A stretch of 64,000 nt of DNA from an uncultured Candidatus Rokubacteria bacterium. GTDB lineage: Bacteria; Methylomirabilota; Methylomirabilia; Rokubacteriales; CSP1-6. Positions 10,146 through 20,061 of the stretch are shown one piece after another. The number at the start of each line of letters is the position of its first letter. The first letter of the stretch is position 1. A program made the position numbers and the translations under genes. The DNA lies in the NCBI GenBank assembly GCA_963771355.1, contig CAVYTA010000006.1:2560001-2624000 (forward strand), given 5' to 3'. Below the pieces are notes generated by a model, which did not search any database, had not been told where the DNA came from, and saw only the letters and a program-made list of their open reading frames with translations.

Positions 10146-13100
10146 CTAGCGCCGCGCGCGGTCCTCGATCTCGAGGATCGCGGGCAGCGACGCGAATCCC
10201 GCCTGCAGGCCGGGATCTCGAGTCCGCGCGCGGAGATCAGATATGGTGGCCAAGGCCGCGCGATCCGCGGCCCGCGCCTCCTCCGCCCGGCCGCATGCCG
10301 CGTGGAGGCGCGCGAGGGCGGCATGGCTCTGCCAGATCAGCCGAGGCTGGCCGATGGCCTCCACGATGGCGAGCGCGCGACGGAGCGCATCCTCCGCCTC
10401 GCCCCAGGCGCGCCGTGCCACCGCGCTCTCGCCTTTGATCCGCCACGCCCAGCCCTCGTACTTGGGCGAGCTCCCCGGCGGCGCCGTCTCGAGGCTCTGC
10501 GCGGCGAAGCGCCGGGCGGCGTCGGCGTCATCCCGCAGCAGAGCGAGCTGGCCCAGGCTCGCGTAGCAGTGCGTCCCATAGCGCCACGTCATCCAGCGGG
10601 ACGGTGGCGGATGCTTGACGGTGTGGAGCGACTCGTCCAGGGCCTGGGCGGCGCTCGCGAGATCTCCCCGAGCCATGAAGGCGTCGGCCTCGTTGTTGCG
10701 GATGAAGGCCCGCCGCTCCGCCCCGCTGCCGTGGCCGGCGCGGGAGGAGCGTCCGGTGACCTCGTAGGACTGCTCGGACAGCGCGATGCCCGCGTCGAAG
10801 TCGCCGCAGTCGAGCCGGAGGAACCCGAGCGTATTGAGGAAGCGCGGGATCAACGCCTCGTCGCCGACTTTCTCGGCCAGGGCGAGGCCTTCGACCAGCG
10901 TGGCGAGCGCCCGATCGTACTCCCCCATCTCGTGGCAGGCCAGCCCCTGGTTCCATAGGCAGCGGATGAGGGGAATGACGAGGCGATGCTCCCGGGCGAG
11001 CCGGACGCCTTCTTCGCCGAACGCCAGACTCTCGCGATACTGCCCCTTCCAGGTGCGGTTGGCCGCCATGAGTTGCAGCACGAGCGCCTGGCGGTTTGCG
11101 TCATCCATGGTCCGCCCGATCTGCAGGGCGCGGGCGAGGTCGACTTGGGCCACCTCGAGCCGACCATTGAGCGCGTTCAGATAGCCTCGAGTGTAGAGTC
11201 CCCCTCCCAGCGGGCCCTGCGCCCCCACGGTCTCCGCGATCTCGATCGCGTTCCGCGCGCGCTCGTGAGCCGCGGGGAAGTCCTCGAGCCACTGGAACGC
11301 AATGGCCACTTGCACGAGCGCGTCCGCCTCCGCGGGACGATCCTGGACGCGCCGCGCGAGGGCGACGAGCTGCTCGGCCTCCTCGCGCGAGCGGACGAAC
11401 TCGCCGAGTCCGAACAAGAGGTCGGCTCGCGCGCGGTGGATGGCGATGAGGGTGGCCGCGGGCACCCGATCCGCCAGCCGGCCCGCCGCCACCAGGGCCT
11501 CGGCGTAGTAGGCCACCGCCTGGCGGAGGCCGAAGGCCTGGGTGGCTTTCTCGGCCGCCTTGACGAGATAGTCCAGCGCGCGCGGCCAGTCCTCGGCCTT
11601 CGAGAAATGGTGGGCGAGCATTTCGTAGTGCTCGGGCAGCCGGTCTGCGTACAGCTCCTCGATGGCCCGGCCCACGAGGGCATGCAGCTCCCGGCGCCGC
11701 TGGACGAGGAGGGAGTCGTAGGCCACGTCCTGGGTGAGCGCGTGCTTGAACATGTAGGCCAGCTCGGGATAGAGCCGGCGCTCGAAGATGAGCTCGAGCG
11801 CGGTGAGCTCCCGGAGGAAGTCGTCACTGCGCTCCCGGATCTCCGCGAGGCGCTCCACCAGACGCCGCGTGAACTCACGGCCGATCACCGCGGCGAGCTG
11901 GAGCGTTCGCTTGGGGGCCTCGGCGAGGCGGTCGATGCGGGCGGCGATCACGTCCTGGATCGAGCCCGGAACGGCCAGTGCGGTCAGGGGTTGCGTCAGA
12001 GCGAAGCGACCTTCCACGCGGCGGATCGCCCCGCTCTCCTCCAGCGACTTCACCAGCTCCTCGACGTAGAACGGGTTGCCCTCGGCCTTGGCGCCGATCA
12101 CCGACCGCAGCGCGTCGGGCAGAACGTCGGCGGCGAGGACAGCGGCGGCCATGCGCGCGCTGTCGTCCGCCGAGAGCGCGGCGGGCACCACCCGGGTAAA
12201 GTAGCTCCGCTCGCCGAAGGGATTCGCGTAGCCCGGCCGGTAGGTGAAAATGAGGAGGACCCGCCGGGCCGGGATGCTGTCCATCAACGTCGCCAGGAAC
12301 TGCTCACTGGCGGTGTCGATCCAGTGCAGGTCTTCGATCACGAGCACCTGCGGCCGGCGCTCGGCGGCGCGGACGAGCAACCGCCGTACCGCGTCGAAGG
12401 TCTCGTTGCGCCGCTGGCGCGGACTCATGGCTCGCACCTCCGCGTCGCCTGGGTCCACCGACAAGAGCGCGCGCAGATACGGCGTGATGGGCGCCGGGTC
12501 CTCGCCCGTCAGCGCCACGCCGCTCTCGATCTTCGCGCCGATGGCCGCCTCGTCATCCGTATCCTCGATGCCGAACCCGCGCCGCACCAGATCGATGAGG
12601 GGATGGAAAGTCATGGCGCCGCCGAAGGAAAGGCAATGCCCTTCCTGCCACGTCGCGTGGTCGCTCACCCGCCGCCTCAGCTCGAGGAGGAGCCGCGACT
12701 TCCCGATACCCGCGTCGCCGACGAGGAATACGGCCTGGCCCTGGCCGGCGCGAGCTCGCTCGAAGGCGTCGAGGAGCAAGCTCAGCTCGCGCTCCCGGCC
12801 GACGAACGGGGTGAGACCCCGCTCCGATTCGACCTCGAGCCGCGTGCGCGTCTCATGCTCGGCGATGATCTCCCACGCGCTCACCGGCTCGGCCTTGCCC
12901 TTGAGGTGGACCTCGCCGATTCGCCGGGTCTCGAAGTAGCCGTGGACCAGGCGGTGGGTGGCCTCGGAGATGGTTATCCGCCCCGGCTCTCCCGTCTGCT
13001 GGAGCCGCGCCGCCACATTGGTGGTGTCGCCCACCGCCGTATAGTCCATGCGGAGGTCGCCGCCGATGCTGCCCACCACCACCAGCCTGTATTGAGGCCT

Positions 13101-13636
13101 TGCCGGGCCCGGAACGTGATGCCGCGGGGAGCGAGCTCTTGCTGGAATCCCGCGAGGGCGCGCTCGATGCCCAGCGCGGCGCGCACCGCCCGGCGCGCGT
13201 GGTCCTCGTGCGCGATGGGCGCGCCGAACAGCGCCATGATGCCGTCGCCCAGGAACTGATTGACCGTACCCTCGTTCCGGTGCACCTCGGCGAGCATGAG
13301 CTCGAAGGCACGGCTCATGAGCCCGTGGACGTCCTCGGGATCCAGGCGCTCGGACAGCGACGTGAAGCCCGACACGTCCACGAACAGCACCGTCACCTGC
13401 TTGCGCTCGCCCTGGAGCGCGCTCGCGCTGGTGAGGATCTTCTCGGCGAGATGCTTGGGGGTATAGGCGCGAGGCGACACGGCTCCCTCGAGCGAGGCGC
13501 CGCACTGATGGCAGAAGCGATTGTCGGGCGGGTTGGGCGCCCGGCAGGCGGGGCAGCGCGTCTCGAGGGGCGCGCCGCACCCGCCGCAGAAGCGTACGCC
13601 CGCTGGATTATCCTGGGCGCAGCCCGGGCAAATCAA
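10146..13636 (-). CDS. Double zinc ribbon + class III nucleotide cyclase + AAA/STAND ATPase + TPR protein (frameshift near 13086)
   Basis: CPGC/CGGC/CPAC/CHQC ribbons; VTVLFVDVSGFT, FLGDGIMALFG, GLNTG, YTAVGDTTNVAARLQ; GDAGIGKS P-loop, IEDLHW, GNPFY, FKHALTQDVAY; helical repeat C-terminus. Split between ORFs 12974..13636 and 10146..13580. Confidence 0.9.
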
Positions 13637-13641
13637 TTCAC

Positions 13642-14422
13642 TCAGCTACGGTACGAAGGATCGGTACGGTCGAGCCGCCGCAGCAGCCCCGGCCAGACCA
13701 GCGCGCCCTGCCCGCCGCGCGGCCGCTGGGCCGTGGCCACCCGGGCATACCCCTCGTCCATGACTTGCTTGGGCACCGGGATCAGCTCCCCGCCGCCCGA
13801 TTGCGCCCGCACCTGGATGGCGCAGGAGGCCTCGAGGTAGTACATCGCGACGAAGGCGTCGGCCACTGTCTCGCCCACGGTGAGGAGGCCGTGGTTGCGC
13901 AGGATGAGCGAGGAGTTGTCGCCGAGATCCTTCGCGAGGCGCGGCTTCTCGTCGTCGTTCAGCGCGGGCCCCTCGAAGTCGTGATAGCCGAGGGTCTTGA
14001 GCACGAACATCGAGTGCTGCGAGATGGGCAGGAGGCCGGCGCGCTGCGCGGACACCGCCACCCCGTTCAGCGTATGGGTGTGGAGCACGCACTTGGCGTC
14101 GTGGCGCACGGCATGGATGGCGCTGTGGATCACGAAGCCCGCCTGGTTCACCGGGTACTCGGAGCCGTCCAGCTTCTGACCCTCCTGGTCGATCTTCACC
14201 AGGCTGGAGGCGGTGATCTCGTCGAAGAAGACGCCATAGGGATTGATGAGGAACTGGTCCTCGGTATCCGGGACCCGCGCCGAGATGTGGGTGAAGACGA
14301 GATCCTCCCAGCCGTAGCGGGAGACGAGACGGTAGGCGGCGGCGAGGTCCACGCGCACCGCCCATTCCTCGGGAGACACCTTGCCCTGCAGCGACGGAAA
14401 CTCGAGCGCGGATGCCGGACAT
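13642..14422 (-). CDS. Class II aldolase/adducin family protein (1-nt indel near start)
   Basis: RVDLAAAYR, FTHISAR, IHSAIH, LHTHT, LRNHGLL. ATG 14422 has an AAAGGA RBS and is one base out of frame. Confidence 0.88.
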
Positions 14423-14438
14423 GGGACGGTCCTTTTCT

Positions 14439-15587
14439 CTAGCGAAGGTTGTAGAGTCGCGCCACGTTGTCGTGGGTGATCTTGCGGCGCACGCTGTCGG
14501 AGAAGCCTGCGAGGTTCTTGCCGAGGATGGTGTGCGAGTTCGGCCACAGGCAGTCGGGGTGCGGGTAGTCCGCGCCCCAGATGATGTTGTCCTCGCCGAT
14601 AAGCGGCACGATGGGCTCGAGGTACTGGTCCTGCTGATACGTGACGAAGCCCTGGCGCCGGAAGTAGTCGCTGGGCTTGAGCTTGAAGCCGAGCGCGCGG
14701 GCGCGATCCTCATACTCGGTGTCGAGCCGGTCGAACACGTACGGCAGCCAGGTCACGCCGGACTCGCCGAGCACGAACTTGAAGTTCGGATACTCCTCGC
14801 AGGCGCCGGAGGCGATGATGGACACCAGCACCTCCATGGTGTCGAGCTGGAACAGGGCGGAGCGCACCAGCCGCCACTGCACCATGTAGTCCTTCTCCAT
14901 CTGCGGATTGTCCGGCGTGCGGAGGCCCTTGAAGCCGGTGGAGTGGAAGGAGATGGGGAAGTCGCACTCCGCCGCCGCTTCCCACAGCGCGTACCAGTCG
15001 CGGTGATAGATGGGCAGCGCCATCCGCTTGAAGGCGAGATCGCCGCCGCGCAGGCCCAGCTTGGCGCAGCGCCGGACCTCGGCGGCCGCGTCCTTGGGAT
15101 CGTTGTTGGGGATGATGGCGAGCGGGAACACCCGGTTCGGATCGCTCGCCTTGGCGAAGTCGGCCGCCCACGTGTTGTAGATCGAGTTCGCCCACGCGCG
15201 CTGCGCGCCGTCGGCGATCAGGTCGTTGATCATCAGGCAGCCGTAGATGATCTCCTTGTCGAGGCCGTCGCGATCGAGATCGGCCAGGCGCAGCTCCGGG
15301 GTGGTCGGGCGCGGCCGGGCCCCGCGCGTGTAGTTCCACTCGAAGCCCGCGTCCTTCATCTCGTCGATGTGGGCGAAGACGCCCTTGGTGTACGGGAGGA
15401 AGCCCGGCCCCACCCCGTTCCACATGCCCCGGTCCACCGCGTCCACGAACCAGTGGCAGCCGTCCTCGAGCTCCTCCACCCGCGGGACCAGGAGCTTCCA
15501 CTTGGCCGGGGCCTGGGACGACCAGAGGTCGGGCGGGCAGTAGGTCAGGTCGATGTGGTTGTCGCCCGAGATGAGCCGGTCGGTCAT
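14439..15587 (-). CDS. Amidohydrolase_2 family protein
   Basis: ISGDNHID, RLADLDRDG, ISFH, LGESGVTW, WGADYPHPD. Confidence 0.88.
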   Translation of the reverse strand: MTDRLISGDNHIDLTYCPPDLWSSQAPAKWKLLVPRVEELEDGCHWFVDAVDRGMWNGVGPGFLPYTKGVFAHIDEMKDAGFEWNYTRGARPRPTTPELRLADLDRDGLDKEIIYGCLMINDLIADGAQRAWANSIYNTWAADFAKASDPNRVFPLAIIPNNDPKDAAAEVRRCAKLGLRGGDLAFKRMALPIYHRDWYALWEAAAECDFPISFHSTGFKGLRTPDNPQMEKDYMVQWRLVRSALFQLDTMEVLVSIIASGACEEYPNFKFVLGESGVTWLPYVFDRLDTEYEDRARALGFKLKPSDYFRRQGFVTYQQDQYLEPIVPLIGEDNIIWGADYPHPDCLWPNSHTILGKNLAGFSDSVRRKITHDNVARLYNLR

Positions 15588-15646
15588 GACGCGCTCCTTT
15601 GCGGGACGAAGGACAAGGGGGCTACGGATCGGTTCCCGGCATCATA

Positions 15647-16543
15647 TCAGATCTGACCCTCCCAGGAAGCGGACGCCACGGCCTTCCAGCGGGCGCGGAT
15701 CCGCTCGCGCTCGGCCTCGGGCAGCCGGCCGTCACCCAGCAGTGCCGCGTTCTGCCGCCAGCGATCGGGCTTGGTGGTGCCGACGATGGCGGTGTGCACG
15801 CCCGGCACGCCGAGGGTGAAGCGCAGCGCCGTCTTCACCGCGGCGTCGCCCTTCCCCGGGAGAAAGGGATAGTCCAGCTTCCGGAGGCGCTCCCAGTACT
15901 CCTGGTAATAGGCTTCCGCGGGCTTTCGCGCATAGCGCCAGGCCACGTTGGCCAGCGGTCGCTTGGCGATGACGCCCAGCCCCGCCGCGCGCGCCGCCGG
16001 CAGGGTCAGCTCGATCGCCTCCTGATCCGCGATGCTCACCGAGGTCTGCAGCGTGTCGAAGCGGCCGGACTCCACCGCCCAGCGCGCGGCCTCGCCGTCG
16101 CCGCTATAGCCGATGTAACGGGTCCACCCGCGGCTCCGCGCTGACTCCAGGGCGGTGATGGCGTCACCGCGCTGGAGCACCTCCAGCCCGCACGAGTGGA
16201 GCTGGATGAGATCGAGATGGTCGGTGGCGAGCCGGCTCAGGCTGCGCTCGATGCTGCGCAGGAGCGCCCCGGGCCGCCAGTCCGACCGCGCCTCCGCGCG
16301 CGCGTGGCCACACTTGCTGAAGAGGTAGACTTCCCGCCGCCGCCCCCCGAGCGCCTTGCCGATCAGCTCCTCGCTGTCCTCGTAACATTCGGCGGTGTCG
16401 ATCACGTTGAGCCCCGCGTCGAGCGCGCCGCCGAGGAGCCGCGCCACCGTCTTCGCGCTCACGCGCTGGTACCCGATCTCCGAGCCGCCGAAGCCCAGCA
16501 CGCTCACGTCCATGTCCGTCTTGCCCATGCGCCGCCGTTCCAT
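15647..16543 (-). CDS. Aldo/keto reductase
   Basis: VSVLGFG, IDTAECY, FSKCG, SLSRLATDHLDLIQLH, IGYS. Confidence 0.9.
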   Translation of the reverse strand: MERRRMGKTDMDVSVLGFGGSEIGYQRVSAKTVARLLGGALDAGLNVIDTAECYEDSEELIGKALGGRRREVYLFSKCGHARAEARSDWRPGALLRSIERSLSRLATDHLDLIQLHSCGLEVLQRGDAITALESARSRGWTRYIGYSGDGEAARWAVESGRFDTLQTSVSIADQEAIELTLPAARAAGLGVIAKRPLANVAWRYARKPAEAYYQEYWERLRKLDYPFLPGKGDAAVKTALRFTLGVPGVHTAIVGTTKPDRWRQNAALLGDGRLPEAERERIRARWKAVASASWEGQI

Positions 16544-16578
16544 CGTGCGTGAAGTCCTCCGTGCTATGATCCGTCGCC

Positions 16579-17547
16579 GTGAGCCCCGAGCGTGTCGAGG
16601 TCGGCGTGCTGCTGCCCACGCGCGACGCGGTGATGTCGGGCCGCTTCGAGACCGCGCCGCTCCTCGCCATGGCGGAGCAGGTGGAGGCGGCGGGGTACGA
16701 CTCGATCTGGGTGGGCGATTCGTTGCTCGCGCGCCCGCGCTTCGAGCCCCTCACCCTCCTCGCCGCGGTCGCCGCCCGCACACGCCGCGCCCGACTCGGC
16801 ACCGCCGTCCTCCTGCCCGCCCTCCGCCATCCGCTCGTGCTCGCGCATCTGGTGGCCACGGTAGATCGCCTCGCCGAGGGTCGCCTCCGGCTCGGCGTGG
16901 GCATCGCGCCCGACTCCCCGGCGGTGCGACGCGAGTTCGAGGCGGCGGGCGTGCCCTTCAAGCAGCGCGTCGGCCGCCTCGAGGAGACTCTGGCGATCTG
17001 CCGGCGGCTCTGGGCCGACGAGGGCGGCGAGCGCGGCGTGACGGTGGCGGGACGCTACTGGAGTCTCGAGGGCGCGCGCCTCCTCCCCACCCCGCATCTG
17101 CCCGGCGGCCCGCCCATCTGGATGGGCGGCGAGGTGGAAGCGGCCACGCGCCGGGCCGGCCGCCTGGCCGATGCCTGGCTCCCCAACAGCGTCACGCCCG
17201 AGGCCTGGGCCGAGGGCTGGGCGCGCGTGCGGGAGACCGCGCGCGCGGAGCGCGGACGCGCCGAGGCGATCACCCCCGCGCTGTACACCACCATCAATGT
17301 GGGGCGCGACACGCGGAGCGCCGAGGTCGAGCTGCGGCAATTCGTGGAGACCTACTACGCGGCGCCGTACGAGACCATCGCCCGCATCCAGGGCTTCCAC
17401 GCGGGCGATGCCGCGAGCTGTCTCGAGCGTCTCCAGGGTTTCATCCGGGCCGGCGTGCGGCACATCGTCCTCCGTTTCGGCGGCGGTGACCAGGCCACCC
17501 AGCTCGAGCGCGCCACGCGCGAGATCTTGCCGCGGCTCCGGGGCTGA
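16579..17547 (+). CDS. LLM-class flavin-dependent oxidoreductase
   Basis: GYDSIWVGDS, RARLGTAVL, GRLRLGVG, PPIWMGG. Confidence 0.9.
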   Translation: MSPERVEVGVLLPTRDAVMSGRFETAPLLAMAEQVEAAGYDSIWVGDSLLARPRFEPLTLLAAVAARTRRARLGTAVLLPALRHPLVLAHLVATVDRLAEGRLRLGVGIAPDSPAVRREFEAAGVPFKQRVGRLEETLAICRRLWADEGGERGVTVAGRYWSLEGARLLPTPHLPGGPPIWMGGEVEAATRRAGRLADAWLPNSVTPEAWAEGWARVRETARAERGRAEAITPALYTTINVGRDTRSAEVELRQFVETYYAAPYETIARIQGFHAGDAASCLERLQGFIRAGVRHIVLRFGGGDQATQLERATREILPRLRG

Positions 17548-17599
17548 TCTTGCACCCATCCCGCGCGCCACGCTAGAGTGGCTCCAGGAGGATCACCCC

Positions 17600-18100
17600 A
17601 TGGCCCAGACCCTCGAGCAGTTCGCCGCCGCCTGCCGCCGCGTGCTGGAATCCGATCCCGGCCCGGAGGGACGGAAGAAGGTATGCGCCCTCGTCCAGGA
17701 CATGCTCAAGGACAAGGCCTTCACCGACGCGCATCTGAGCGACGAGACGCCCGAGCGGAAGATCCTCTACGAAGATCCCAAGCTCGGCTTCTGCATCCTC
17801 GCCCACGTCTACAAGGGCGCCAAGGAGAGCAACCCCCACGACCATGGCTCGACCTGGGCCATCTATGGCCAGGCCGACGGCTCCACCGTGATGAGCGACT
17901 GGGAGGTGCTCCAGCCCGCCACCGCGACCGTGCCCGGCAAGGTGCGCCGCGCCCGGAGCTATACGCTCGAGCCCGGCATGGCGAAGGTCTACAACGAGGG
18001 CGACGTGCACTCGCCACGCCGCGAGGGACCCACCCGGCTCATCCGCATCGAGGGCCAGAACACGGACCGCATCAAGCGCTTCGCCTTCGAGAAGGCGTGA
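17600..18100 (+). CDS. Cupin, cysteine-dioxygenase-like
   Basis: PHDHGSTWAIYG and GDVHSP give a 3-His metal site; AGGAGG RBS. Confidence 0.7.
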   Translation: MAQTLEQFAAACRRVLESDPGPEGRKKVCALVQDMLKDKAFTDAHLSDETPERKILYEDPKLGFCILAHVYKGAKESNPHDHGSTWAIYGQADGSTVMSDWEVLQPATATVPGKVRRARSYTLEPGMAKVYNEGDVHSPRREGPTRLIRIEGQNTDRIKRFAFEKA

Positions 18101-18110
18101 GCCGCCGGCG

Positions 18111-18443
18111 GTGGTCAAGAGCCTCTCGCTGCTGACGCGCAAGGCGGGGATGACCCACGAGCAGTTCGTCAAGCACTGGGTGGAGGTGCACGCTCCCCTC
18201 GCCCATGCCGTGCCCGGCCTCCGGCGCTACGTGCAGTCCCATATCCTGGAGGAGCGCCGGCGGCCCGACATCCCCGCCACCGAGGTGGAGGTGGACGGCA
18301 TCGCCGAGCTCTGGTTCGACGACGCGGACGCCCTCGCGCGCGGCTTCGCCTCGGCGGAAGGGAAGGCGCTGCACGCCGACGGCGCGCTCTTCATCGGGCG
18401 GATCAAGAGCTACACGACGGAAGAGCGCGTCATCATCGGCTGA
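18111..18443 (+). CDS. EthD domain protein
   Basis: LLTRKAGMTHEQFVKHW..VHAPL, PGLRRYVQSH, DGIAELWFD. Confidence 0.85.
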   Translation: MVKSLSLLTRKAGMTHEQFVKHWVEVHAPLAHAVPGLRRYVQSHILEERRRPDIPATEVEVDGIAELWFDDADALARGFASAEGKALHADGALFIGRIKSYTTEERVIIG

Positions 18444-18453
18444 AGACTCTCCG

Positions 18454-19817
18454 CTAGGAGCGCAGCGGACCAGCCAGCGGGTGCAGCACGTCGATCGCCC
18501 AGCCCAGTTCCAGGCGCTCGCCCAGCCAGTCCGGGTGGGCCGTCGCGCGCCGATGCGAAGGCCCTCGGCGTCGTGACGCGCCCGGAGGATCGCGACAGAG
18601 TCTCCGGGGCCTGCAGCGGAGGGCGGCACCTCAGGGAGCGGGCGGCCGTCGGGTCGCCGGAACTGGAGCGTCCCGTCAGGCCCGCGCGCGACCTGGTAGC
18701 CCTCCTCGTGCACCGCGCGGTGATGCCGGCGGCAGAGCAGCGCGAGATTCGAGAGCTTCGTCGGGCCGCCCTGCGCCCAGTGGTGGAGATGATGGGCCTG
18801 AACGACCCGCACGCCGCACCCGGGAAAGCGGCAGGTCCGGTCTCGATGCAGGAGCGCGCGGCGCAAGGCGGGCGGAATGGTCCGGGTCCGCGCTCCGATC
18901 TCCACGACACGCCCCCCTTGGTCGTGGCGCACGACTACCCGGCTCGCGTCACACGCCAGGCGGCGGGACGTTCCCGCGGGAACGTGGGCGCCGTCCTCGA
19001 GAGCGGACTGGCCCGGCTGATCCGGATCGGCCAGCACCGCGGCGTCGACATGGACGACCACTTGGTAGCGCTCCCCCGGCGCGCCCGGATCGAGGGCGTG
19101 GTGCAGCGCCGACTCCGCCACCAGCGCTAGCGCGTCCGCCTGCTGCTGGGCCACCGTCGGACGCTTCTCCACCGGCTCTGCCGGCTCCGCCGCTCTACCG
19201 CGCCGGCGTGCGGTTCCCGCTGGGCCTTCTGATAGAGCACCTCGCGCCCCGCCTCCAGGGCACGCCGCAGGAGTGCTCCCGCCTCCGGCGTGAGCCGGCC
19301 CCGCACCACCACCATGCCGTCTTCGTCATCGTAGACCTGGAGCCCCCGGCCTTCGTGGTGCCGGGCGGCCTTCCGCGCCTCGGCCCGGCGATCCACTTGC
19401 CGCCAACTCTGCACGATGCGCTCGACATGCTCGGCCGTGCCCGCCCGCCCGACGGCAAGCAGCCGAGCTTCGGTCTCCGGCGTGGCGACGCGAGTGAGCG
19501 CACGGACCTTGGAATAGGACAGCTCCCCGCGGGCCAGGGCCTCGGTCAGCCGGGGCAGCGTCCCGAGGGCGCGCGCGACACGGACCCGCTCCCGAGCCGC
19601 GCCCTTGTCCAAGCCCTACCCGCCAGCCGAGCCACTCGGCGCAGGAGGGGAAGCCCGTGTTCCACCCGCCCCGCGCGTCGAACTCGCGGATCAGGGCCAG
19701 CAGGCGCGCGGTGGCGGCATCGAGGTGCGCGGACAGCTCCGCGATCTCGTCGCCGAGCCGCTCCAGCTCGGCGGTGGGTGGGGGCGTGGCCAGCACGGCG
19801 GATGTTTGGGATCCCAT
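18454..19817 (-). CDS. DUF222 + HNH endonuclease protein (13E12/Rv1128c-like); three frameshifts, intact versus pseudogene status unresolved
   Basis: Pieces: MGSQ..LLALIREFDARGGW..CAEWLGWRVGL / DKGAARERVRVARAL..RGELSYSKVRALTR..GRLTPEAGALL / QADAL..RRLACD..ALRRALLHRDRTCRFPGC..AHHLHHWAQGGPTKLSNLALLCRRHHRAVHE / PDWLGERLELGWAIDVL-stop 18454. GGGAGG RBS. Confidence 0.85.
18968..18985. repeat. Perfect 18-bp palindrome ACGTTCCCGCGGGAACGT inside the DUF222-HNH coding sequence
   Basis: Reverse complement checked by hand; flanking CGGCG (18961-65) and CGCCG (18989-93) can extend the stem. Confidence 0.95.
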
Positions 19818-20061
19818 GGCGAGTCCTCCCTCTGCTTGGACGACTCTACACCCTGGTTTTCGCGACTCCGGAACGCGCACGGAGCGAGCGATCAGTCGGC
19901 GTCAAATGATTTTCGGTCGCCACCCGGCTGAACGCGTTCCGATGGGCCCGGGCGGAGCGCTGAGCCCGCACGTCACGAAGGCCGTCGCCGCGCGGGGAAT
20001 TCACCCGCCAGGAGTGTCAAGCCGAAAAACTCGTCAGGACCGGAGAGGTGCTCGCCCGGGC

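Noticed and set aside
18968..18985. Canonical chromosomal parS site
   Set aside because: The centre is CGCG rather than ACGT, and no parAB, dnaA or origin features are in the window; kept only as parS-like.
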